From contig CAWDML010000001.1 in NCBI GenBank assembly GCA_963803435.1, positions 384,001 through 448,000 on the forward strand: a DNA stretch of 64,000 bases, given 5' to 3'. A program made the position numbers and the translations under genes. The stretch is from an uncultured delta proteobacterium. GTDB taxonomy: Bacteria; Myxococcota; Kuafuiibacteriia; Kuafuiibacteriales; Kuafuiibacteriaceae. Numbering within the stretch: the stretch's first letter is position 1; each line of letters opens with the position of its first letter. The notes below the pieces were generated by a model. It saw nothing but the letters and a program-made list of their open reading frames with translations. It had not been told where the DNA came from and ran no database searches. This document shows, piece after piece, positions 9,714-18,316 of the stretch.

Positions 9714-10456
9714 TCCGACCGCCGTCTACGTGCTCGGCGACTCCAGGACCTACAACGCGGTCGATCTCGACGGCGCTCAAGGCGCGCACCGGGCGCCGCT
9801 TCTACAGCTACATGCAGCACGCGATGAGCGACTACTCGCTGATGAAGTTCGCCGAGATGATCCCGCCGGGCGCCACCGTGCTGTTCGGCCCGAGCTGGGG
9901 GCTGCTCCTCCGCGACAAGGACGACGCCTCCTACCACAGCGGGTACTCGTGGCGCGGGCTCCGCATGCTGCTCGAGGGCGAGGGCGAGTACTGGCACTTC
10001 CGCCGGATCTTCGTGATCAACCGGATCCCGCTGGAGGCGCCCTTCTTCCAGGAGACCCCCTATCCGCTCGACGCCCTGGACGCGCCCCGCCTCGGCAACC
10101 TCGAGAAGGTGCGCAGCTTCTACACCCAGCCCCCGCCGCCCTCCTTCGAGGCCAAGAAGCGCCTGGTCACCGCCGCGATCCAGGTGATGCTCGACAAGGG
10201 CTGCCATCTGGAGGTGCTCGACATCCCGATCCCGCCCGACATGGCCGCCGTCCGGGATCGGGAAAAGGGTCCGATCGTCGAGGCGTTGGGGCTGGTGGGG
10301 CGCGCGAACGTCCGCATCTGGACGGGGATCCCGCTGGTCGATCCGGAGGGGAAGAACGTCTGGGCCGACGCCGATCACATGAACCAGCGGGGGCGCCGCC
10401 GGATGACCGAGTTCCTGGTGACCCACGTCTTTCCCCCACCGGCGCCGAAGACCTGA
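9601..10456 (+). CDS. Membrane-anchored SGNH-hydrolase-like protein, split by a 1-nt frameshift at ~9771
   Basis: N-terminal TM helix and VLGDSR (block I) lie in the 9601 frame. The gene continues in the 9710 frame (ALKARTG...) to WADADHMN (DxxH block V). Confidence 0.65.
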
Positions 10457-10524
10457 TAACCCCGCGTCACAAAAGGCGGCCTTCGGGTCACCCAGGGATC
10501 GTTCCGGGGGTCGTAAGAGTAGTC

Positions 10525-12735
10525 GTGGCAGATCATCGTCGAGCGTTCGTCGTCCTCTTTTCACTCGCCGCCTCGGCCGGCTGCGGCGAGGGCAAGCTGC
10601 TCCAGACGCCGCCGGACGGCTCGACCGTCCAGGACGGCGGCTACACCTGGTGGGGCGACGTCCAGCCGATCATCGAAGCGAAGTGCCAGCAGTGCCACTC
10701 GAACCCTGTCCAGCTGGGCGCCCTCGGTCCGCTGGTCACGTATCAGGACACGCAGGCGCCCTCCACCCAGGGCGTGCCCATGCACGTGATGATGGCGTCG
10801 CGGATTCACGACGACCTGCGCCCCATGCCGCCGCCCTCCCAGTCGCCCCTCACCGAAGAGGAGACCGCGATCATCCAGGCCTGGTCGGACGGCGGGGCCA
10901 AGGAGGGCGATGCGCCGGGGCCGAGCTACTACAACGATGTGCAACCCATCCTGCGAACACGATGCGGTCTCTGCCACGGGACGACACCGCAGTTCGGCGC
11001 GCCGCGCTCGCTGGCCTCGTTCCAGGATCTGATCGCGCTGACCGGCGCCGGTGACCCGGTGTACCAGGTTGTCGCCACGCGCGTCGGCGCCGGAAGCATG
11101 CCGCCCACCGGTCAACCCAAGTTGACGGACGCCGAGATCGCGACCATCCAGGCGTGGGCCGGCTCCGGCGCGCCCGCGGGCCGACAGATGACGACCTACT
11201 CCTGGCAGACGGACATCCGCCCGATCGTCGAGGCGAAGTGCGGCGTCTGCCACGGCCCCGAGCCGGCGTTCGGCGCGCCCCGATCGATCTCGACGTGGGA
11301 GCAGACGCAGGTCACCACCGCCGCGGGCGCCAAGGTGTACGAGGTCATGGCGTCGCGCACGGCCGCGCGGACGATGCCGCCCTCGCAGCAGCCGCAGCTG
11401 AGCGACGGCGAGATCGCGATCATCCAGGCCTGGGCCGCCGGAGGCGCGCCCGACGGCCGCCTCTCCCAGAACGCGCCCACCTGGTGGAAGGACGTGGAGC
11501 CGATCGTCCGCCGCCGCTGCCAGACCTGCCACAGCAACCCGCCGCAGTTCGGCGCGCCGGTGCCGTTCGTGACGTACGAGGACGTCTCCCGCCCCACCGC
11601 CAGCGGCCAGCCCTACCACGAGGTGATGGCGTTCCGGATCGTGGCGCCGTCGAACGCGATGCCGCCGCCGCAGCAGCCGCAGCTCAACCAGGCCGAGATC
11701 GCGACCATCCAGAAGTGGTCGCGGGCCGGCGCGCCCGAGGGTCGCCGCGAGGACGCCGACGCCGGCACCGACGCGGGCGTGGCAGACTCCGGCCCCGGCA
11801 TCCCCTGGATGAACGGCGGATCATCGACGACCGACAACCCGAATCAGCGATGGCTCGATCTCCACTCGGCGCAGCCCGACACGGATCCGCCGCAGCCGTA
11901 CGACATCCCGCTGGGCGAGACGCAGTACACCTGCTGGTCGTATCCGGTCGGCACGCCGCTCGGCGGCGACGAGTATGCGGTGTTCGTCGAGCCCGTGCTG
12001 TGGAACGACGTCCGCCACATCCACCACATGATGCTGTACCACGACGACAGCGGCACCATCCCGCAGTCGGACGGCGTACTCGGTCCCTTCGACTGCCCAA
12101 CGTTCCCGCGCGCCGGCAACTCGGATCGGTACGCCGGCTACATGGGCGGCTGGTTCCCTGGCCTGCTCCCCTACGCGCTGCCCGACGGCGTCGGCATCCG
12201 GATCGCACCCACCGATCGGGTCATCCTCCAGACCCACTACGACCAGGTCCACCAGACCGGGAACACCGACTTCAGCGGGGTGCGTCTCTTGCTCGACAAT
12301 CGGCCGCACCAAGCGTCGGATACGTTCTGGACCGGCGTCATCTGGGGCACGCCGCTCGACGGTCCCAACGAGATCCGCCAGGGCTCGTGCACGCTGCCCC
12401 AGGAGACGACGCTGTTCGCTTCGTTCCCTCACATGCACACGTACGGCACCCGGATCACCGCGGAGATCCGCCGGGCAGGCGAGAGCGACTGGACGATGAT
12501 CTCGAACATCCCCTCGTGGAACTTCCTCGATCAGCCGATCCTCCCGGTCGATCCGGAGTATCAGCATCTCAACGCAGGCGATCAGCTGCGCACGACCTGC
12601 TACTGGGACACCCAGGGTCAGTCCGTAGTGCAGGGTGAAGGATCACTCGACGAGATGTGCTTCGTCATCTTTTGGAGCTATCCCCCGCTGGCGGACTCCG
12701 GCCCTGGGAACCCATGTGTTAATTACTCGCCATGA
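10525..12735 (+). CDS. Lipoprotein with four tandem monoheme cytochrome c domains and a C-terminal copper type II (PHM/DBH-like) monooxygenase
   Basis: Lipobox (SAGC) after GTG 10525. CQQCH, CGLCH, CGVCH and CQTCH are each followed by an MPP motif. Copper ligand motifs HIHH, LQTHY, HMH and DEMC. Confidence 0.85.
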   Translation: MADHRRAFVVLFSLAASAGCGEGKLLQTPPDGSTVQDGGYTWWGDVQPIIEAKCQQCHSNPVQLGALGPLVTYQDTQAPSTQGVPMHVMMASRIHDDLRPMPPPSQSPLTEEETAIIQAWSDGGAKEGDAPGPSYYNDVQPILRTRCGLCHGTTPQFGAPRSLASFQDLIALTGAGDPVYQVVATRVGAGSMPPTGQPKLTDAEIATIQAWAGSGAPAGRQMTTYSWQTDIRPIVEAKCGVCHGPEPAFGAPRSISTWEQTQVTTAAGAKVYEVMASRTAARTMPPSQQPQLSDGEIAIIQAWAAGGAPDGRLSQNAPTWWKDVEPIVRRRCQTCHSNPPQFGAPVPFVTYEDVSRPTASGQPYHEVMAFRIVAPSNAMPPPQQPQLNQAEIATIQKWSRAGAPEGRREDADAGTDAGVADSGPGIPWMNGGSSTTDNPNQRWLDLHSAQPDTDPPQPYDIPLGETQYTCWSYPVGTPLGGDEYAVFVEPVLWNDVRHIHHMMLYHDDSGTIPQSDGVLGPFDCPTFPRAGNSDRYAGYMGGWFPGLLPYALPDGVGIRIAPTDRVILQTHYDQVHQTGNTDFSGVRLLLDNRPHQASDTFWTGVIWGTPLDGPNEIRQGSCTLPQETTLFASFPHMHTYGTRITAEIRRAGESDWTMISNIPSWNFLDQPILPVDPEYQHLNAGDQLRTTCYWDTQGQSVVQGEGSLDEMCFVIFWSYPPLADSGPGNPCVNYSP
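10645..11740 (+). repeat. Four intragenic ~92-93-aa cytochrome c domain repeats
   Basis: CxxCH codons start at 10684, 10963, 11239 and 11518 (spacing 279/276/279 nt). Repeat consensus is (T/S)(W/Y)xxD(V/I)xPI....CxxCH...MPP...L...E.A.IQ.W...GA. Confidence 0.9.
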
Positions 12736-13787
12736 GGCGAGTGCTCCCTCTCCTGCTCATCGCGCTCACTCCCCGCCTCGCCGCCGCCCACGGAGGCAAT
12801 CCTGCGCAGGCGGTCGTGCTCGAACCGGGCAGCATCGGACCACCGGTCGACGACGCGTTCCTGATCAAGTGGCTCGACGCCGGGCCGCCGCCGCCGGTCA
12901 CCGGGACGGCGTACGTCAGCCTCTACTACACGAAGGACATCCCGATCACGTTCCCCCTCGGCATCATGGCGCCGACCCTGACCGGCACCGTGATCCTGTC
13001 GGGCGTTCCGGAGGATCAAGGACCCGACGAGTTCCTCTGGGATGTGTCCAACATGCCGTCGGGTCACTACTGGATCTGGTCGCTCGTCGATGATCCTCCG
13101 ATGGAGATGTCGGCCCAGTACGTCCGCTTCTCCCCCGCGCCGCTGACGGTGCTCCACGGGAACGATGTCATCGGGCCCGCGATGACCATCCTGAAGCCGC
13201 AGAGCGAGTTCAGCACGGCGGACGAGTTCTACACCGTCGACTATCAGAGCTGGGACCCGACCGGGACCGCACGGATCCGGTTCGAAGCTTCGCCGGACGC
13301 GTTCCGCATGGAGCCGATGTGGTTCGTCATCGCCGACAACATCTATGCGCAGCCGGCCGGTACCATCGGATGGAACACGTCGGTCCTCGAGGAGGGCGAC
13401 TACATGCTGCGCGCGACGATCACGGACTGCGACGGACGCAGCTTTGTCACGTACAGCCGCTACTTCCTGTTCGTCGCGCACCTCGACCCGCCGGACGCGG
13501 GGCCCCTCGAAGGCGGCGAGGAGCCCGACGGCGGATCGCTGATCGAGTGGTGCAGCCAGCTCCCGGACGACTCCGGCGTGCTCCCGAGCCCGGAGGCCGG
13601 CACCCGGGACACGGGCGTCGAGCCGGGCATCGACGCGGGCGCGGTCGTCGAGCCGACCGAAGATCCGGGCTGCGGCTGTTCCACCACGGCCACGCGCGGA
13701 TCGCCCCTTTGGGCTGGGCTGCTGGGCGCGTTGGCCTTCGCGCGCCGGCGCCGACGCCGACGTTCCCGTCGCCATCCGCCGCAGTGA
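12732..13787 (+). CDS. Exported protein with MYXO-CTERM sorting signal
   Basis: Signal peptide, beta-rich body and DAG-rich linker. C-terminal GCGCSTT...PLWAGLLGALAFARRRRRRR. ATGA overlap with the cytochrome gene. Confidence 0.82.
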   Translation: MRRVLPLLLIALTPRLAAAHGGNPAQAVVLEPGSIGPPVDDAFLIKWLDAGPPPPVTGTAYVSLYYTKDIPITFPLGIMAPTLTGTVILSGVPEDQGPDEFLWDVSNMPSGHYWIWSLVDDPPMEMSAQYVRFSPAPLTVLHGNDVIGPAMTILKPQSEFSTADEFYTVDYQSWDPTGTARIRFEASPDAFRMEPMWFVIADNIYAQPAGTIGWNTSVLEEGDYMLRATITDCDGRSFVTYSRYFLFVAHLDPPDAGPLEGGEEPDGGSLIEWCSQLPDDSGVLPSPEAGTRDTGVEPGIDAGAVVEPTEDPGCGCSTTATRGSPLWAGLLGALAFARRRRRRRSRRHPPQ

Positions 13788-14056
13788 GGAACACGTGCGT
13801 CGGCCGGCGGGCGGAATCGGCTGCCGGGTCGCCGGGTCCTGGGCTTGCTCTGCGGAGCCGGCATGATCCCGCCCCAGCTCTTGGCGCACGTCTCCGCGGT
13901 CGCGGCCGTCTACGTCCAGGCGCTCCGCGCGTCGCGGAGGGTCCTGCAAAGATCGCTGGGAAAGCACGGATCTGGCGTCGATCCCAGGGTTCGAGTACAG
14001 TGGCTCTTGCGTCGCGAAAACCGCGGCGTGGCGGAAGGGCCTCGGCCCCATGAAAT

Positions 14057-14356
14057 CTCCGACACAATCTGATTTCCGTCAGAACTCAATCGAGGGTGGC
14101 GTCGGAGTCCATCTTCGACCAGATGGAACACCCTGGTTGGACGTGGCCAACCGGCCGTCGAAGCGCCAGGGTGCCGGCGAAGACGCCGGGGGAGGTTACG
14201 CGAGCGTGAATCATGAGAAGGGTCTCTGGAGAGAGGCTGATTCGTAGGATCTTCGTCCGCGACGGCACTCGGTGCTGACGCGGTGCGGAGCTCAGGCTCG
14301 GTCCTCTCTCAGAGGCCATCGAGGCGACGAGTGCGCAGGCATTCGTCGCCTTTTTT
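14057..14356 (+). ncRNA. Candidate structured non-coding RNA, family not recognised
   Basis: Continuous series of stems: CTCCGAC/GTCGGAG, TCCATCT/AGATGGA, CACCCTGG/CCAGGGTG, CCGGCG/CGCCGG, and a ~97-nt rod at 14221-14317. Ends in an intrinsic terminator. G-U pairs favour the + strand. Confidence 0.45.
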
Positions 14357-15882
14357 AGTCCCCCCCGGACCGCAGCTCCGGCCAGGAATCCGATCAGCAT
14401 GCCGAAGAAGTGGGCGGTGAAGCTGACCTCGGCGATCGACAGATCGAATCCCGTCTGAAGCGCGAGGATCAGGACGATCTGGCTGAGCTGCGCGCGGGCC
14501 GGTCGTGAGTGCTCGCGCCGCCAGCCGCGCAGGAACAGGAACGCGGTCGCGCCGAGCAGGCCCATGATGCCCGCCGAGGCGCCCACCAGCAGCACCGACT
14601 CGTGCAGCCACCACGCTTTGATCACCACGGCGCTCATCCCGCCGAAGCCCGCCACCACGTAGACGACCAGGAAACGCCGCCAGCCCAGCATGCGCTCCAC
14701 GAAGGGCCCGAAGAACGCCAGGCCGATCATGTTCAGGATGAGGTGGAGCGGGCCGAAGTGGAGGAACGTGGCGGCGAAGAGACGCCAGATCTCACCGTCG
14801 AGGACCCGGGCGGCGTCGACCGCGCCCAGGGAGAAGAGCGTATGCGGGTCGGTGCTCCCGCCGGCGAGCACCTCGACGCAGAAGACCGCCAGGGAGGCCG
14901 TCACCAGCGCCCAGGTGGCCCGGGCATGCCGACGGAGGTCGCCGTAGGAGGGTCGGTAGCGCGCCTCCTGCTCGAGGTCCTCCTCGAGCCTCGAGAGGAT
15001 CGACTGCGCTTCGGTCGAGAGCGCGTCGGCGGCCACCGGCGGCGGACGCGCGAGGCGAACGCGCGCGAGGCTCCCGATCATCCGATCGGGATCCTCGAGC
15101 AGCACGCCGAGCCGGGCGCGGCCATGGTCGTGCGCACCGGCGGCCAGCTCGGCGGTGGCGCGCCAGAGCTCCCGGGCCGAGGCCGGGAGCGCGGACAGCT
15201 TCGTCTCGAGGAGCCCTTCGACCGCCGCGGTCCGCCCCCCGAACGCCAGCACGGTCAGGCGAGCGCCCGGCGGGAGCCCCCGCTCGGTGATCCGGCGGCA
15301 GTCGTGGTGGAGCCTCACCATCTCCTCGATCCGACCGATCTCTCCGAGCGCGCGCAGGCAGTGGATCAGGACCGATGGGTTCCTACCGAGCCCACCTCCG
15401 TCGACCAGCCGGAGCGCGCACGCACCGTAGGCCTCCCACTGCTCGGTGGCTCGGTAGTAATGCATCGCGGCGATCGGCGCGAGCGCCGCCGAGCGGGAGC
15501 GCATCAGTGCCTCGTAGATCGCGGCCGCCGCCTCGACATCGCCGCGCTGCTCGGCCTCGAGCCCCCGGTACAGCCGGGCCTGCTCACGGAACCCGTCGAA
15601 CGGATGGAGCACCCCCACCGCCCGGGCGAACGCGCCGGCCTCCGCCTGCCGGCCCCGCAGCGAGGCGCGGACCACCAGCCGCTGGAGCAACGTCGGCGCC
15701 AGCACGAGCGCGCCCCAGCCGGCCGCGGCGACGAAGCCGGCGATCGAGGGCCTGAGCAACCCGACCACCAGCAGCACCAGCAGAAGGAAGACGTTCTTGG
15801 TGATCCACCCGGCGAGCAGCCGGGGAGAGAGTCGGAGACCGCGGATGATGGTCGCCGCCGCCGAGACGGCCACCAGCATCAC
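14086..15882 (-). CDS. Rhomboid family intramembrane serine protease with N-terminal membrane and TPR-like helical region
   Basis: WRLFAATFLHFGPLHLILNM, catalytic VGASA and TAHFFG. The true stop is probably TAA at 14355-14357 via an indel in the C7 run at 14360-14366. The remaining tail is likely spurious. Confidence 0.85.
   Translation of the reverse strand: MMLVAVSAAATIIRGLRLSPRLLAGWITKNVFLLLVLLVVGLLRPSIAGFVAAAGWGALVLAPTLLQRLVVRASLRGRQAEAGAFARAVGVLHPFDGFREQARLYRGLEAEQRGDVEAAAAIYEALMRSRSAALAPIAAMHYYRATEQWEAYGACALRLVDGGGLGRNPSVLIHCLRALGEIGRIEEMVRLHHDCRRITERGLPPGARLTVLAFGGRTAAVEGLLETKLSALPASARELWRATAELAAGAHDHGRARLGVLLEDPDRMIGSLARVRLARPPPVAADALSTEAQSILSRLEEDLEQEARYRPSYGDLRRHARATWALVTASLAVFCVEVLAGGSTDPHTLFSLGAVDAARVLDGEIWRLFAATFLHFGPLHLILNMIGLAFFGPFVERMLGWRRFLVVYVVAGFGGMSAVVIKAWWLHESVLLVGASAGIMGLLGATAFLFLRGWRREHSRPARAQLSQIVLILALQTGFDLSIAEVSFTAHFFGMLIGFLAGAAVRGGLKKATNACALVASMASERGPSLSSAPRQHRVPSRTKILRISLSPETLLMIHARVTSPGVFAGTLALRRPVGHVQPGCSIWSKMDSDATLD
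14322..14356 (+). terminator. Rho-independent terminator
   Basis: GGCGACGAGTGC-gcag-GCATTCGTCGCC (12-bp stem, one G-U pair) followed by TTTTTT. Confidence 0.85.
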
Positions 15883-15904
15883 CAGGATCGTGTTCGTGTT
15901 CAGG

Positions 15905-17239
15905 TCACAGGTCCTCGCTGACCTTGGGCTCCTGCAGGTTCGTGCTCTCGCGACGGAAGAGCGGCACGTACTCGCGGAGCTCGGAGCCGAGGTACACCTG
16001 TCGCGGCCGAACGATCTTCTGCTCCTCTCCCGAGACGAACTCGGCCCATTGGGCGAGGAAGCCGCTGGTACGGGGGATCGCGAACATCACCGGGAAGAAC
16101 TTCCGCGGCATGCCCATGGCCTCGTAGATGATGCCCGAATAGAAGTCGACGTTCGGGTAGAGCTTACGGATGACGAAGTACTCGTCTTCGAGCGCGATGC
16201 GCTCCAGCTCCTTGGCGATGTCGATGCGCGGGTTGCGACCGGTGACCTCGAAGACCTCGTGCGCCAGCTCCTTGATGATGCGCGCGCGCGGGTCGTAGTT
16301 CTTGTAGACGCGGTGCCCGAAGCCCATCAGTCGGCCCTCGCCGTTCTTGATGCGCTTCACGTAGGCGGGGATGTTCTTCACGTGGCCGATCTCGTCGAGC
16401 ATCTTGAGCACCGCCTCGTTGGCGCCGCCGTGCTTCGGGCCGTAGAGGGCCGCGGTGGCCGCCGCCGCGGAGACGTACGGATCACCGCCTGCGCTCGCGA
16501 CCAGACGCATGGCGCTGGTCGAGCAGTTCTGCTCGTGGTCCGCGTGCAGGATGAAGAGGACGTCGAGCGCGCGCTCGAGCACCGGGTTCGGCTTGTACTT
16601 CCGCTCGCTCATTCGATACATCATCGAGAGGAAGTTCCCGGTGTAGCTGAGCTCGTTGTCCGGATAGACGTACGGGAGGCCCTGGGTGCGACGGTAGAGG
16701 AAGGCGGCGATCGTGGGCAGCTTCCCGATCAGACGGCGGGTCTGAAGGCGGCGGCTCTCGAGGTCGTAGATGTTGCGGGCCTCGGGGTAGAACGTGGAGA
16801 GCGCCGCGACCGTGGCGATCAACATTCCCATCGGGTGCGCGTCGTAGCGGAACCCGTCCATCAGCTTCTTCAGGTTCTCGTGGACGAACGTGTGGATGGT
16901 GATGTTGTGCCGCCACATCGCCATGCGCTCCTCGTCGGGGAGCTCTCCTTTGACGATCAGATACGCGACCTCGAGGTAGTTGCTCTTCTCGGCGAGCTGC
17001 TCGATGGGGTAGCCGCGGTAGCGGAGAATGCCGCGCTCGCCGTCGATGTACGTGATCTTGCTGTGGCAGGCCGCGGTGTTCATGAAGCCCTGGTCGTAGG
17101 AGAGCAACCCCGGATCGGCGGCATCGAGCTTGATCTGTTTCAGGTGCGTGGCCTCGATGGCCCCATGCTCGATCGGGAGCTCGTAGGTCTTGCCGGTGCG
17201 ATTGTCCGTGATCGTCAGGGTGTTCTTGGGCCCGTTCAT
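15905..17239 (-). CDS. gltA: Citrate synthase
   Basis: ITYIDGERGILRYRGYPIEQLA, ILHADHEQNCST, LMGFGHRVYKNYDPRA and LYPNVDFYSG. Confidence 0.98.
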   Translation of the reverse strand: MNGPKNTLTITDNRTGKTYELPIEHGAIEATHLKQIKLDAADPGLLSYDQGFMNTAACHSKITYIDGERGILRYRGYPIEQLAEKSNYLEVAYLIVKGELPDEERMAMWRHNITIHTFVHENLKKLMDGFRYDAHPMGMLIATVAALSTFYPEARNIYDLESRRLQTRRLIGKLPTIAAFLYRRTQGLPYVYPDNELSYTGNFLSMMYRMSERKYKPNPVLERALDVLFILHADHEQNCSTSAMRLVASAGGDPYVSAAAATAALYGPKHGGANEAVLKMLDEIGHVKNIPAYVKRIKNGEGRLMGFGHRVYKNYDPRARIIKELAHEVFEVTGRNPRIDIAKELERIALEDEYFVIRKLYPNVDFYSGIIYEAMGMPRKFFPVMFAIPRTSGFLAQWAEFVSGEEQKIVRPRQVYLGSELREYVPLFRRESTNLQEPKVSEDL

Positions 17240-17325
17240 GAACGCGCCTTCATACCATAGACTCCTGGATTGGTTGACCGGTTGCTGGGAAGGCGGGAGG
17301 CCTTGAGATTCGCAGGTTTGAGTCG

Positions 17326-17685
17326 TCAGGCGAGGATGCGATCGAGCGTCTCGCGCACCTCGCTGACCCGCGGGAGGCAGCCGCCCATGGCCGCGAGATA
17401 GAAAGACTCTCCCTGGATGTCGACACGGGCGGCGTCGACGGAGCCGCCCGGCAGGGTCCGGCCGATGAACGACAGTGAGACGTCCTCGTCGCCGCTGATC
17501 GCCGGTCCGAGCGCAGCGAGCGCCTCCAGATCGACGCCGTCGTTCGTCCGGGTCCCCGCGACCAGCAGGCCCTCGCCGCTCGCCAGCGCCAGCGCGCTGA
17601 GGCCGAGCTTCTGGGCCTTGTGAAGCAGGTACAGATAGATGGCGGTCTTCGGTTCGTGGCTGCGGACGATACGGCGTTCGATCAT
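17326..17685 (-). CDS. Small hypothetical protein, possibly roadblock/LC7-like fold
   Basis: 119 aa from ATG 17685. The pattern LSALALASGEGLLVAG...LEALAALG resembles the roadblock beta-hairpin plus helix. Confidence 0.55.
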   Translation of the reverse strand: MIERRIVRSHEPKTAIYLYLLHKAQKLGLSALALASGEGLLVAGTRTNDGVDLEALAALGPAISGDEDVSLSFIGRTLPGGSVDAARVDIQGESFYLAAMGGCLPRVSEVRETLDRILA

Positions 17686-17775
17686 GGGGACCTCGATCGT
17701 TGTGCGGTGGTGTGATCTTTTTACCGCGTTCCAGCGACAGCGCAAGAAAACCGCCGAACTGCTAAGCCACCGCAC

Positions 17776-18312
17776 ATGCACGCGTTCCGCTGGTCGGCGG
17801 CCCTCGCGCTCATCGCTCTCTCGGCGCCGGGGAGCGCCCAAGCCTCCGAGCTCACGATCCGCTCCCAGTACGAGCCGGAGAGCCGAGCCCATCAGCTCGA
17901 CCTGGTGGTGAGCACGTATGTCGCCGGGGGCTACGTCGGCTTCGTCCCCGGGCTGCTGTACGGCTTCCCGGTCGCCCCGCAGGGCTTCATCTCCTCGCTC
18001 AACGACGCCTTCTACATCGAGGCCGGCCTGTTTCTGGGCGCGTTCTTCGATCCGACCTTCTTCTGGATGACGCCGGTCGCCGGTGTCCGCTGGTGCTTCT
18101 ATCTGACGAAGGAGTGGGCGGTGTTCGCCGCCGTCCGGCTGGGATGGAGCTTCGAGTTCGACGACGAGATCAAGCGCGGTGGCTTCTACGCCGACGGCAC
18201 CATCGGCGCGCACTGGCACTTCAGCGACACCTTCGCGCTGCGGCTCGAAACCGGCGGTGCGCGCTTCGGATACCGCGCGATCGTCGGCATCTCCTGGCAG
18301 ATCGGGATGTGA
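17776..18312 (+). CDS. Small outer membrane beta-barrel protein
   Basis: Signal peptide, then alternating hydrophobic beta strands with many aromatic residues. C-terminal strand AIVGISWQI. Confidence 0.7.
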   Translation: MHAFRWSAALALIALSAPGSAQASELTIRSQYEPESRAHQLDLVVSTYVAGGYVGFVPGLLYGFPVAPQGFISSLNDAFYIEAGLFLGAFFDPTFFWMTPVAGVRWCFYLTKEWAVFAAVRLGWSFEFDDEIKRGGFYADGTIGAHWHFSDTFALRLETGGARFGYRAIVGISWQIGM

Positions 18313-18316
18313 TCGA

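Noticed and set aside
9601-12735. 1044-aa ORF suggesting an SGNH-cytochrome-monooxygenase fusion
   Set aside because: Residues from ~9771 to 10524 are off-frame Arg/Pro/Gly-rich shadow sequence. The SGNH gene continues in another frame to 10456, and the cytochrome has its own lipoprotein leader at 10525.
14221-14317. Glycine riboswitch, 6S RNA or SRP RNA identity for the long hairpin
   Set aside because: CTCTGGAGAG and CTCAGG resemble glycine aptamer pieces, but the CCGAAG core and a downstream gene are missing. It is too short for 6S and lacks the SRP CAGG...GGAA...AGCAG motif.
13790-14356. Retron msr-msd or group II intron remnant
   Set aside because: No reverse transcriptase in the window, and no recognisable domain V or flanking a1/a2 repeats.
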